Shown: in pieces, positions 50,675 to 62,960 of the stretch
Layout: each line of letters opens with the position of its first letter
Numbering within the stretch: position 1 is the first letter of the stretch
DNA from: Octopus vulgaris
Taxonomy: Eukaryota
Reading direction: 5' to 3'
Assembly: GCA_951406725.2 (NCBI GenBank)
Contig: OX597824.1
Span: 37,076,001-37,140,000 of the forward strand
Length of the DNA: 64,000 nucleotides
Program-made: the position numbers and the translations under genes
The notes under the pieces: generated by a model
What the model was told of the DNA's origin: nothing
Databases searched by the model: none
What the model saw: the letters and a program-made list of their open reading frames with translations, nothing else

Positions 50675-51609
50675 CCGTAAATTCTCGAGTATAATCCGCA
50701 TTTTTTTCCCAAAATTTAAAGGTCAAAATCCCTAGTGCATATTATATACGAGGTTAAAAATTTAAAATATTTTCTAAGTAATGCCCAAGTCTCTGTTTGC
50801 TGTCTGGCAATGTTTATTCAGATACATTTTGTGATGTCGGGCACGAAAATACTTTAAGCTAAGCCTGAAAGCAATGAAGTCATAAAAGAATCATCCATAA
50901 CTTGCAGTAAGCAACATTAAAATAAAAGTTTTCAGAACGCAGAATAACATGTAACAAAAACAATTTGCAAACATATTTACATTCCCATATAACAGTTAAG
51001 AACATCACCATTGTTGTATTACGCATGCACGGAAGTGTTTGTTTGACTAGGTGCTACTGGCTTAATTACGCACGAATTGTGCTTAATAGTTTTGCACTAA
51101 ATAGTTCATCCTGCTGTTTGTATGAACAGTTTGCATCATTACCGTGGCAAACAATAGATAATTAAATACCAGTATTAAATATTTGAACTACTGTGGGTCT
51201 TACAAGGGATTTTTATAAGTGGGTTTTAAACCTGTACATTAATCTCCGATAAAGAATTTTATACATTACATGCCCATAAAATGCCTCATAGATCTTATTC
51301 AGCTATGCTTAAACTTGAAGTTATTTCTTATGCTGAAGAGCATGGTAATAGGGCCACCGGACGAAAATTTGTTGTTGACAAAAGCAATGTCAGGTTATGG
51401 AGAAGAAATAAAGAAGAAATTAAACAGATGCCAAAGCTAAAGAAGGCAATAATAAAGGACGTTACCGTATACATTTTTACAAACCAAGGATGTTATATAG
51501 ACCTCCTCGACTCAAGTTAGAGAAGGGGTGCATATTATACACAAGGTTTAGGTTTTACAAAGGTACATCCCCCTAAAATCCCCTGCATATTATACTCGAG
51601 GATTTATGG
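50675..51609 (+). mobile_element. pogo/Tigger-like internally deleted transposon retaining a Brinker-type DNA-binding domain
   Basis: TA|CCGTAAATTCTCGAGTATAATCCGCA ... TGCATATTATACTCGAGGATTTATGG|TA. ORF 51281-51520 reads RSYSAMLKLEVISYAEEHGNRATGRKFVVDKSNVRLWR. Confidence 0.88.
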
Positions 51610-51898
51610 TATATATACATACACACATGCACACATACACATGCATATATAAACACACGCACAGACATACACACATATAAACACTCGTACACACACTCAC
51701 ACACATATATATAAAGAGAGAGAGATAAGGAGAGAGGGAAGGAGAAAGAGAGATTTAGTAGAACAAGCTGAGGGCATAAATAAGTACATTTTTTTATTTT
51801 TTACTTAGCAGAAAGTTACAAATGTGACTTAAGGACTGAGAACTTCATGCATGGCAATGGATCAAACTGATCGGCCCTTGAGTCACTTTGGTAACTTT

Positions 51899-52320
51899 CT
51901 TATTTCTTTATTGCCCACAAGGGGCTAAACATAGAGGGGACAAACAAGGACAGACAAATGGATTAAGTCGATTATATCAACCCCCCACTACGTAACTGGT
52001 ACTTAATTTATCGACTGCAAAAGGATGAAAGGCAAAGTCGACCTCAGCGGAATTTGAACTCAGAACGTAGCGGCAGACGAAATACCTATTTCTTTTCTAC
52101 CCACAAGGGTCTAAATACAGAGAGGACAAACAAGGACAGACAAATAGATTAAGTCGATTTCATCAACCCCCAGTGTGTAACCGGTACTTAATTTATTGAC
52201 CCCGAAAGGATGAAAGGCAAAGTCGACCTTGGCGGAATTTGAACCCAGAACGTAACGTCAGACAAAATACCGCTAAGCATTTTGCCCGGCGTGCTACCGT
52301 TTCTGCCAGCTCACCGCCTT
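51899..52320 (-). mobile_element. Family-A SINE partial tandem dimer inside a single TSD
   Basis: TTGGTAACTTTCT at about 51888-51900 and 52319-52331 brackets one full and one 5'-truncated copy. Confidence 0.85.
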
Positions 52321-52386
52321 GGTAACTTTCTGCAGTACTTCTCTCTCACTATTCCCTCTCGCTCTACATTACACACCCTCTTTCCA

Positions 52387-52434
<48 letters not shown>

Positions 52435-52649
52435 CCCCCTTTCATGCCACACTTGTTCCTGCTGATATCCAACATTCCCTTCTGTCAGCCTTTTCTCTTA
52501 CTGACCATTCCTGTCCAATATTTTTCTTTTCTCCATTCAAGTTGTACATCCAAATAAATGTCTGTTTTTCTATTTTCTACTTACACCGTTATTTTCCAGG
52601 TTTGTTCCAGTTTTAAGTTAAAAGACACCCTTCCTTATACTCCAGATTT

Positions 52650-53226
52650 GTTTACTCTCTTTTACTTGTTTCAGTCATCTGACTGCGGCCATGCTGGAGC
52701 ACCGCCTTTTAGTCGAGCAAATCAGCCCCAGGACTTATTCTTTGGAAGCCTAGTACTTATTCTATCGGTCTCTTTTGCTGAACTACTAAGTTACAGGGAC
52801 GTAAACACACCAGCATCGCTTGTCAAGCAATGTTAGGTGGGGACAAACACAGACATACGAACATATACACATGCATACATATATATATATACATATATAC
52901 GAAGGGCTTCTTTCAGTTTCTGTCTACCAAATCCACTCACAAGGCTTCGGTCAGCCTGATGCTATAGATTGATCAAAACCTTGTGAGTGGATTTGGTTGA
53001 GAGAAACTGAAAGAAACTTGCTCTGTGTGTGTGTGTGTGTGTGTGTGTGTTTGTCCACCACCATTGCTTGACAATTTGTGTTAGTTTATGTCCCTCTAAC
53101 TTAGTGGTTTGACATAAGAGATTGATAGAATAAGAGATTGATAGAAGACACTTGCCCAAGATGCCACACAGTGGGAATGAACCCGGAACCATGTGGTTGG
53201 TAAGCAAGCTACTTACCACACAGCCA
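52650..53226 (-). mobile_element. Family-B SINE containing a locally copied opposite-orientation SINE segment
   Basis: Body at 52650-52965, head resumes at about 53142. Confidence 0.85.
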
Positions 53227-53471
53227 CATCAACTTTTGTCTTCATCATCTCCATTTTCATCCCTAAGTTTTTTACCATCTTCAGCTTGTCTTCATTATAT
53301 TGTGCTTAAACTCTGGCACTTTCCAGATGAAGGATATCAATTTTTTTCCAAGTACTGAAATTCTCAGGATTCTGGAATAAACCTTGGTTGATGAAATGGT
53401 TTTCTCCATGTTCATATTATCTCCTTTCCCTTAGTTGTTGTACACACCTTTCACCATTATTTTGAATTATA

Positions 53472-53625
53472 TAGGTGTGACTGTGAAGTAAAAATTTTGC
53501 ATCCAAACCACATTGTTCCAGGTTCAGTTCCACTGCATGGCACTTTGGACATAACCTTGGACCATAACCCCAGATTGATCAAAGCCTTGTGAGTGGATTT
53601 GGTTGAGAGGAACAGAAAGAAACTT

Positions 53626-53673
<48 letters not shown>

Positions 53674-54010
53674 TCCACCACCATTGCTTGACAATTTGTG
53701 TTAGTTTGTTTATGTCCCTCTAACTTAGTGGTTTGGCATAAGAGATTGATAGAATAAATATCAAGCAGAAACATTAGCTCCCCGGGCTAAATGCTTAGCG
53801 GTGTTTCGTCTGTCTTTACGTTCTGAGTTCAAATTCCCCTGAGGTCAACTTTGCCTTTCATCCTTTCGGGGTCAATAAATTAAGTACCAGTTACGCACTG
53901 GGGTTGATGCAATTGACTTAATCCCTTTGTCTGTCCTTGTTTGTCCCCTCTATGTTTAGCCCCTTGTGGGCAATAAAGAAATAAGAATAAGTAGCAGGCT
54001 TAAATAATAA
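53472..54010 (+). mobile_element. Diverged family-B SINE with a nested family-A SINE (about 53765-53985)
   Basis: Homology to the other copies. The family-B tail resumes at AGAATAAGTAGCAGGCTT. Confidence 0.8.
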
Positions 54011-54099
54011 GATTGCGTTTCACGTACCCCAGTTAGGCCTTCCTTGTTTGTGTAATGCCTGCATGAGCTCACCATACTACAGCTGTTTGGGTACATGGT

Positions 54100-54300
54100 T
54101 GCATCCCCTCAAAAGTAGGAGCAAGCAAAATTCAGCCTCCCTGTCCCACTTCATCTGGAGACTTTGAGACCATCAAAATGACTTACTCGACATTACATGG
54201 AACATTCTTGACAAGGCCCCACCCTAATAACCAGGAGTTCGTTATTGCCAAATCTGCTTCCTTGAGAAACTGCAGTTCATTATAACAATAAAGGGTTTGT
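54100..54300 (+). mobile_element. Penelope GIY-YIG endonuclease C-terminal remnant
   Basis: Translates as LSHFIWRL*DHQN..DITWNILDKAHP...CQICFLEKL, matching the LS.HIW.LK...I.W.IL......C.LC..EK pattern. Confidence 0.65.
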
Positions 54301-54599
54301 CAGATCCTTTATAAAAGATACTATGTGCTTTATTAATCTATTGCAAGTTTTACCAACTAAAGTAAACAAGATATAATCACTAACTATAAATAGTTATCTG
54401 GAATTATTACAGTGTACTAATTACAATAGAAATAAATAGAAATTACTAATAATACCACTTTATGATATATGGGGTTAATTGAAGCCAGATAACTGAGGGT
54501 TGAGAATCTTTACCATGAACAGAGGTTATGAGACACATGAGTGACATAAGAAACGTTGTAATCAATTTCATACAGCTGACCAACATGCAAAATATTTGA

Positions 54600-54820
54600 C
54601 CTCTTTTACTCTTTTACTTGTTTCAGTCATTTGACTGCGGCCATGCTGGAGCACCGCCTTTAGTCGAGCAAATCAACCCCCAGGACTTATTCTTTGTAAG
54701 CCTAGTACTTATTCTATCGGTCTCTTTTGCCGAACCGCTAAGTTACAGGGATGTAAACACACCAGTATCGGTTGTCAAGCGATGTTGGCAGGGACAAACA
54801 CAGACACACAAACACACACA

Positions 54821-54874
<54 letters not shown>

Positions 54875-55060
54875 CATATACATATCCATATACATATATA
54901 TGACGGGCTTCTTTCAGTTTCCGTCTACCAAATCCACTCACAAGGCTTTGATCGGCTCAAGACTATAGTCGAAGACACTTGCCCAAGGTACCACGTGGTG
55001 GGACTGAACCCAGAACCATGTGGTTGGTAAGCAAGCTACTTACCACACAGCCACTCCTGC
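54600..55060 (-). mobile_element. Full-length family-B SINE
   Basis: Complete head, internal microsatellite and tail. Confidence 0.9.
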
Positions 55061-55199
55061 ATGTGACAGAGCTATTTTGACTAAACAGTTTTCTTTTTCT
55101 AATGTCTAATAACCTTAAATTGTTGGTTTGTGAAGAAGAGAATACAAATTCACATTTAGTGATACAAATAGACGTACTAGTACGTTTTTATTATCATTG

Positions 55200-55200
55200 T

Positions 55201-55234
<34 letters not shown>

Positions 55235-55490
55235 GTCATTTAGTGTCTGTTTTCCATGCTGGTATGGATTAAACAGTTTGACCAGGGCTGGTAAGTTGGA
55301 GAGCTGAACTAAGCTCCAGTCTGTTTTGGTTTGATTTCTATGGCTGAATGCCCTTCTTAACACCAACCACTCCATAGAGTGTACTGGATATATTTTACTT
55401 GTCACTGGTTCAGGTGCCTTTAACATGCCACCAGTACAAGTGTCTTTTACAAGTCACTGGCACAGGTTACCTTTATATGCCACCAGATGC
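55200..55490 (-). mobile_element. Diverged RTE 3' UTR
   Basis: (CAT)n, then GATGCCCTTC..CCAACCACTCC-like sequence and compressed hairpin units. Confidence 0.7.
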
Positions 55491-55544
55491 CTTATAAAAA
55501 AAATGTATTTTTTACTTAAGTTTCAAGTAGCTTACAATGAAGCA

Positions 55545-55960
55545 ACCCCCACCACCCCGCCCTGACCCTAGCCACATTCAGATGGCTGATCCCCCTTATG
55601 TTATAGAGCAGTTACTGTTTATATCTCGCTCAGAGATTTATTATTGTTTTCGAACGGATTTTCTACGCCAGTGACTGTGGTTACTGTGAAAATCCCTATA
55701 TATCCAGCCTGTAGGGGAAGTCCCTTAACGAAGAGCGGTGCTTACCATACATTGACAAGAGGCAATAACCTCGAAACCGGTCCGTGTGTAGTATCCGTAT
55801 CTTCGGGGAGGCTGATCTCCCTTTGCAGGCTGGCAAGGACACCGAGATGGTGTCAGCCCTTCTGGTGACGTTGATGTTCGCCTGGGGCTAAATGCATCAG
55901 TAACACCCCCACCACCCCGCCCTGACCCTAGCCACATTCAGATGGCTGATCCCCCTTATG
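55545..55960. mobile_element. 304-bp insert (TGTTA...TAACA ends, hammerhead motif) between perfect 56-bp direct repeats
   Basis: 55545-55600 is identical to 55905-55960. Hammerhead-like motif at 55746-55788. Confidence 0.8.
55746..55788 (+). ncRNA. Putative minimal type-I hammerhead ribozyme (U3:A8 core variant)
   Basis: CATACA-TTGACAA-GAGG-caataa-CCTC-GAAA-C-cg-G-TC-CGTGTG, with stems I-III formable and a GUC cleavage triplet. Activity is untested and the first stem-I pair is A-C. Confidence 0.55.
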
Positions 55961-57011
55961 GAATATTAATGATTTTACCAAAAGTTACAATAAAAGGCAT
56001 TTATTACCAAACAGCTGCTGAGCATTCACAAGTCAGGAGAATGACAGCTTCGACATTAAGCCAGTCTGTTTTTTCTAGCTTCGTGATTAAAATACATAAA
56101 GCTAATTATAAGTAAAACAGTTTTGTATCCATTCAGTCAACATAAAGATATTTCAATTTAGCCAGATCTACAGAAATACATGTTCTGTACATAACTGTTA
56201 CCAAATAGAGAATTAAAATCTGCTGATAAGGTGAATCTAGGGTCCATCGAAACAAACATAAATAAACAAAGATAATTTGAATGTTCTTAGTGCTAATTGT
56301 ATTTGATCAGATTAAAAACTAAGTGTTAAAAACACACAAACAAACAAAAATGTCTGTTCCGTTGTGTTATTCCCTGTGCAAATGTTGATATTAATGTTGT
56401 TACTGTAGTAACTAGCCCCAAGGTGGTTTTAATTTCAATTGTTTAGTTATTGATTGTAGAGTGTGACCAGTTATTCCATTAGTATACACAGATAATAACT
56501 ACATTCCATTTAATATCCAGAGAATGCAGAAAACACAGCAACCAAATGTCAATTGAGTTAAGTATTCTCTTGGGAACTGGACAATGCCTATTTAGAAAAA
56601 TACTCCACAACTATTGGAAAAACAATGAACAGGGAAGTTTGTCTTTAAACATTGTCTGTGTTATATAGCACGTTTAAATAGGAAAGTGCTATCATATGTT
56701 GTTGCACAAATAAATGTTGATAGTTTTCACTCGACTTTCAGCAGATTGGGCATCGTTGTTGTGACTCTGTGGCAAGTAATTGGCAGAATAGAAGTTTTTT
56801 ATGTTCCCATTATAGATTCATTATACAGGTACATCACCAAGTTCCTGTTATCCTTCGTTCAAAACCCATGTTATCATGCAATAAAAAAAATCACCAACAA
56901 ACCTCTAACCTGACAATTATACACCTGATTACAGGTAAGTTCACCACCATCAATTCATTGCAAGGGAAGCTCACCGCCATGAATTCACCATGAAGAAAGT
57001 TCACCATAATA

Positions 57012-57488
57012 CCGTAAATCCCCGAGTATAATCCGCACTTTTTCCAAAAATTTAATGGTCAAAATCCCTAGTGCATACTATATACGAGGTTAAAATAGAA
57101 AATTATTTTCGAAGCAATGTCCGAGTCTCTATTTACTGTCCGCAATGTTTGTTTAGACGCATTTTGTGATGTCGGGCGCGAAAATACCTTAAATCATCCA
57201 TAACTTGCAGTTAGCAACATTTATTAGATGTTATTACTGTTATTTCTTTATTTTCTGCAAACAAAAGACACAAAAAGCTATACGTTTTCATTATGTTATG
57301 TATACAATAATAATAAAGAACGTTACCGTATACATTTTTACAAACCAAGGACGTTATATAGACCTCCTTGACTCAAGTTAGAGAAAAGGTGCGTATTATA
57401 CACAAGGTTTAGGTTTTTCAGAGGTAGAGCCCCCTAAAAATCCCCTGCGTATTATACTCAAGGGTAAACTATACTCGAGGATTTACAG
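57012..57488 (+). mobile_element. Shorter deletion derivative (MITE) of the pogo/Tigger element at 50675
   Basis: Same TIRs with TA flanks, and homologous 5' and 3' segments. Confidence 0.9.
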
Positions 57489-57522
57489 TAGTTAAGAAGT
57501 ATTTTATTGAAAAAAAAAAAAC

Positions 57523-57947
57523 AGGAGTGGCTGTGTGGTAAGTAGCTTGCTTACGAACCACATGGTTCCGGGTTCAGTCCCACTGCGTGGCACCTTGGGC
57601 AAGTGTCTTCTATTATAGCCTCAGGCCGACTAAAGCCTTGTGAGTGGATTTGGTAGACGGAAACTGAAAGAAGCCCGTCGTATATATGTATATATATATA
57701 TATATGTGTGTGTGTGTGCGTGTATGTTTGTGTGTCTGTGTTTGTCCCCCTAGCATTGCTTGACAACTGATGCTGGTGTGTTTATGTCTCCATCACTTAG
57801 CGGTTCGGCAAAAGAGACCGATAGAATAAGTACTAGGCTTACAAAGAATAAGTCCCGGGGGTTGAGTTGCTCGATTTAAGGCGGTGCTCCAGCATGGCTG
57901 CAGTCAAATGACTGAAACAAGTAAAAGAGTAAAAGCGAGTAAAGAGT
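57523..57947 (+). mobile_element. Full-length family-B SINE
   Basis: A box TGGCTGTGTGG, B box GGGTTCAGTCC, tail (GAGTAAAA)n. Confidence 0.9.
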
Positions 57948-58154
57948 GAATTGATGATGGTGAACTTTTCCTGCAGTGAAATAATATCAGTGAACTTTCC
58001 CTGCAATTAACTGATGACAGGGAACTTACCAGACATGACACACCTCCCAGGCATCTAAAATATCAGGAAGAGTCCTACTTTATCTTTGATCAATAAGGAT
58101 TGATATTTACATTCACTATCGCCACTAATGCTCTCAGTTCTCTTACTTGTAGTA

Positions 58155-58471
58155 GGTTGTTGTTGTTGTTTGTTCCTTCTCGAACCATGCCTGGCTCATG
58201 AGGGCCGGTTTCCTGGTTTCTTGGTGTATAGGTTCCCCACCTGGACAGGACGCCAGTCCGTCGCAAGTGAGCTGCAAGATGCAGGAGGAAAGAGTGAGAG
58301 AAAGTTGTGGCGAAAGAGTCAGCAGAAGTTTCGCCATTACCTTCTGCCAGAGCTGCGTGGAGCTTAGGTGTTTCGCTCATAAGCACACATATTGCTCAGT
58401 CTGAGATTTGAACCCGCAATCCCTCGACCACGAGTCCGCTGGTCTAACCACTAGGCCATGTGCCTCCACAC
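58155..58471 (-). mobile_element. Family-C SINE with 10-bp TSD
   Basis: ACTTGTAGTA at 58145-58154 and 58472-58481, with a (CAA)n tail. Confidence 0.88.
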
Positions 58472-58884
58472 ACTTGTAGTAAGTAGCCATAACTAGGGGA
58501 GACTGTGGCTTTGAGTGTGTCCTTGAAGCAAATTTTCTGTCCTGCTTGTGTGCACTTGCTTTCTGCTAATTCGCTGAAAACAGGACCTAAAAAGACCATA
58601 TGTACAGTCCCTTTCTTCAGACCAAATGAATCAAAAATAAACAAGAATTAAGAAAAATCTATATTGGTGGACAGAAGGTAAAGGGCTCCCTGTATTTAGA
58701 TTTCTCAAAATTTTGCTATCACCACAAACAAGTCTAGCATGAAAAATACTGGTAAACACAAGGCACATACAATGCGACCTGTTGTTGCATAGTGAGTTTG
58801 AATGGCCTTTATCTTTTGGGTCAGAAAATACTTCATCCCCAAACAGTTGTTATCCCTAGGGAGTTCTGCTCCTATTCCTGGGAC

Positions 58885-59225
58885 AGATGCATGGCCCAGT
58901 AGTTAGAGTGTCAAGCTCACAATTATGAGGTAGTGAGTTCAATTCCCGGTCCGGACTGTGTTTTGTTCTTGAGCAAGACACTTTATTTCACATTGCTCCA
59001 GTTCACTCATCTATAGAAATGAGTTGCAACATCACTGGTGCCAAGCTGTATCAGCCTTTGCCTTTCCCATGGATAACATCAGTGGCATGGAGAGGGGATG
59101 TAGATATGCATGGGCAACTATTGGTCTTCCATAAACAACCTTGCCAGGACTTGTGCCTTGAAGGGGGAACTTTCTAGGTGCAATCCCATGGTCATTCATG
59201 ACCAATGGGAGTTTTTTTGTTTTAC
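58885..59225 (+). mobile_element. Family-D SINE (tRNA head, CORE-like)
   Basis: TGGCCCAGTAG A box, GAGTTCAATTCCC B box, TTCTTGAGCAAGACACTT..CCAGTTCACTCA..AAATGAG. Confidence 0.7.
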
Positions 59226-59810
59226 TACTTCTACACACACATTCTAGACTGCATCAAGATAATAATCCACCTTACTGACCTCACTAACTAGCATGACATC
59301 AGTCATGGACATACTCCAGCCTCTAGCCCCTTAATAACATCCTCCCTATCTTTCTCTCTCTCCATCTCTCACTCCCCCTCCTTCTCACTGTCTTTTCTGC
59401 TACAGCTACAGTGACCCCTCCTCCTTGCTGATCTCATGTTCCCCTATCCATTCAGCCACTTCCAAATCCATTGTCTCTCTGGATCTAGTTAAACTGATTC
59501 ACAAAATCAGCCCCTTTAATTTTGCTCAGATTGCTTTTAATTTTGGTGTATCGATGCAACTCTGAATTTTAATTACAATCAACCAATTACTTTATCTCAT
59601 AAATTGAAGAATCTCATGTTATTTGGAATTAAAGTTGGAAAAATTTGGGTAATTTTAGCCCATCAACAGACAGCAAGGCATTAACAGCTTGTTACCATGA
59701 CAACCATATGTGTTGTGTTTCATTTCACCTGCACGTTGTGTTGTGTTGATTCTTCACACCACAAGATTTACTTCACCCATGTGTTTTGTTTTAATAAAAA
59801 TTTATATTTA

Positions 59811-60233
59811 GACATAGGAGTGGCTGTGAGGTATGTGGCTTGCCTTGGAACCACATGGTTCCGGGTTCAGTCCCACTGCATGGTACCTTGGGCAAGTATC
59901 TTCTACTATAACCTCGGGCAGACGAAAGCCTTGTGAGTGGATTCGGTACACAGAAACTGAAAGAAGCCCATCGTATATTTGTATATATATGTATGTGTGT
60001 GTATATGTTTGTATGTCTATGTTTGTTACCCCTCCCCCAACATCGCTTGACAACTGATGCTGGTGTGTTTAAGTCCCCGTAACTTAGCAGTTCGGCAAAA
60101 GAGACCGATAGAATAAGTACTAGGCTTACAAAGAATAAGTCCTGGGGTTGATATACTCTACCAAAGGCGGTGCTCCAGCATGGCCACAGTCAAATGACTG
60201 AAACAAGTAAAAGAATAAAAGAGAAAGAGAGAG
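59811..60233 (+). mobile_element. Family-B SINE in the left foldback arm
   Basis: Full-length homology to the other copies. Confidence 0.9.
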
Positions 60234-60900
60234 TATCAATTAGAATTTTAATGTAGATATTTTTTGTCAACTGCCTTAATATTTTACATATTTTTCATAT
60301 ATTTTTCATATATATTTTACATATATTTTGTGAAGTTTTTCTGTGTTTACACTCATTGCAATGAATGCCTTTCAGTTTAAACCCAGGTCAGACCAGAATG
60401 AGCCATTCTATATTTTTATTGAAGATGTAGGACAACATTATTAAATGTGTCTTTCATTTTTAAAATGTTAGAGCATTAAGGAAAATTTGGCTGTTATTTC
60501 TAGCAAATTAAACAACCACACCAAGATTACTTCATTGGCTCATTTGCTGGTGTGTATAAGTAAACCAAAACAAAAGGAAATGGATCTTCATCTGTTTCTA
60601 GGATGATCACTCCAGTTGTATGATCAACTGAACTGGTTATACATTCAACAGGTTCTTATTTTATCAATCGTCAAAGGATGAAAGGCAAAGTCAACCTAAG
60701 TGGAATTTGAACTCAGAATGTAAAGCATTTTACCCAGTGTGCTAATGATTCTGTCAGCTTGTAGTCTTTTGGTTACACATTATATTAACATATAACTAGC
60801 CGAGTATACCACAGCATACATGTGCCCACAACATAATCCATAAGTAGAATCAATACAACCCTGTGTGACATGGCTAGGCCTTTTAATTAATAGAAATAAA

Positions 60901-60972
<72 letters not shown>

Positions 60973-61119
60973 CACCCCCCAAATATATGGCACACTAGGC
61001 ATAACAACAACATGAACTTCCAACCCTGTTGTCTCTTGAGGTCTCTGGGTGAGACTTGGAGCCAACTTGTACAAATATAAAGCAAAAGTCAAACATAGAA
61101 TAATAATAATAATATTAAT

Positions 61120-61470
61120 AATGAAATTATTGTATACAGTGCTCAGGTGCACCACAACTTGTCAAAAGTGCATATAAAGCATATGCAGTAATGTACAAAT
61201 GTCTGAGAAGTGAACAGTGTATAAGTCAGATAAAATGCTTGCATGTGTATGGAGGGGAGAAAATCAGGTGTAGTGTTGGCGAATCTCAGGAAGCATGGAA
61301 GTTTTGAAGGATGCCATGCTCTGACAACTAACAACTGATGCCGGCAGTTTGTTCCATACTTCAGCAACTCTTAACGTGAAAAAATGTTTCCAAAAGTCAT
61401 GGGAGCTGTGCTGTTTTCTGACTTTGTAAACACGTCCACGGGTGTTAGACAGGTGGAGTTTGAAAAAGTG
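61120..61470 (-). mobile_element. CR1-type LINE 3' end
   Basis: Minus strand reads SNTRGRVYKVRKQHSSHDFWKHFFTLRVAEVWNKLPASVV...SFK. Confidence 0.8.
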
Positions 61471-61827
61471 CTCAGTGTTATTACAGGTCTATGATCTAAT
61501 TACAGTGTAATTTGGCTGAGTATTCCATAGATATAGGTGGCCTTAATGTAATTCTGGGACAGAATCAGTGTGACACATGATGGACATAGCCAGAGTTTCA
61601 AGTGAATGTTTCTCAACTATTAAGAAAAATACACCATTCACTGAATAAATTGTGAAAAATCCTCCCTCACACAATGCTCTAATATTTTAAAAATGAAGGA
61701 CATATTAAATTATGTTGTCCTACATCTTCAATAAAAATATAGAATGGCTCATTCTGGTCTGACCTGGGTTTAAACTGAAAGGCATTCATTGCGACAAATG
61801 TAAAAACAGAAAAGCTTCATGAAATAT

Positions 61828-62240
61828 AGGTGCAGGAGTGGCTGTGTGGTAAGTAGCTTGCCTACCAACCACATGGTCCCTGGTTCAGTCCCACTGCGAG
61901 GCACCTTGGGCAAGTGTCTTCTACTATAGCCTTGGGCCGACCAAAGCCTTGTGAGTGGATTTGGAAGACGGAAACTGGAAGAAGCCCGTCGTATATATAT
62001 ATATATATATGTATATGCGTGTGTGTATATTTGTGTGTCTGTTTGTCCCCCCAGCATCGCTTGACAACAGAAGCTGGTGTGTTTACGTCCCCATAACTTA
62101 GTGGTTCGGCAAAAGAGACCAATAAAATAAGTACTAGGCTTACAAAGAATAAACTTTGGGGTCAAATTGCTCGACTATAAAGGCGATGCTCCAGCATGGC
62201 CGCAGTCAAATGACTGAAACAAGTAAAAGAGTAAAAGAGT
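61828..62240 (+). mobile_element. Family-B SINE in the right foldback arm
   Basis: Full-length homology to the other copies. Confidence 0.9.
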
Positions 62241-62960
62241 ATATGTAAAATATATATGAAAAATATATGAAAAATATGTAAAATATTAAGGCAGTTGACA
62301 AAAAATTTCTACAATAAAATTCTAATTGATAAATATAAATTTTTATAAAAACAAAACATTCGGGTGAAGTAAATCTTGTGGTGTGAAGAATCAACACAGC
62401 ATAATGTACGGGTGAAGTGAAACACAGCACAACATGCGGTTGTCATGGTAATAAGTTGTTAATGCCTCGCTGTCTGTTGATGGGCTAAAATTAACCAAAT
62501 TTTTCCAACTTTAATTCCAAATAACATGAGATTCTTTAATTTACGAGATAAAGTAATTGGTTGATCGTAATCAAAATTCAGACTTGCATCGTTATGCCAA
62601 AATTGAAAGCAATCTGAGCAAAATTAAAGGGGGCTAATTTTGTGAATCAGTTTAACTAGATCCTTCCTTCTTACCCTTATTGTGCTCTTCCCCCACCCCG
62701 CTCCAGCATGAGCCCTTATGCTCAATCCTACTTCCCCCCAGAACTATTCACCCTCTGCAACTTCTTCCCTGCAGCTATCAATCTGTCACAGTTAATTCTA
62801 TCAATCTCACAGGTGTTGAAGGACTTACAAACTCCATCGACACAGACTCTTTCCTCCTCAACAAACCAATGAAATTAATCCACAAAAACTCAACAAGAAA
62901 TTCCTAAACTCAAAATATTTTCTCTATTTACAGATCAACAGCAAAACTAATTATAATAAT

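Larger units (their letters stand above)
56926..58034. mobile_element. Second AAGTTCACC-array element hosting a pogo derivative and a SINE
   Basis: Left array at 56926-57008, inverted right array at 57946-58032. Confidence 0.6.
59481..62663. mobile_element. Foldback-type element: ~570-bp inverted arms (59481-60477 and 61673-62663, each interrupted by a SINE)
   Basis: GGATCTAGTTAAACTGATTCACAAAAT ... ATTTTGTGAATCAGTTTAACTAGATCC. The arms align in reverse along their length once the SINEs are removed. Confidence 0.85.

Noticed and set aside
56700-56800. RCPIC..ENYQHLF on the minus strand, resembling an L1 C-terminal zinc motif
   Set aside because: Too short and interrupted by a stop to annotate with confidence.
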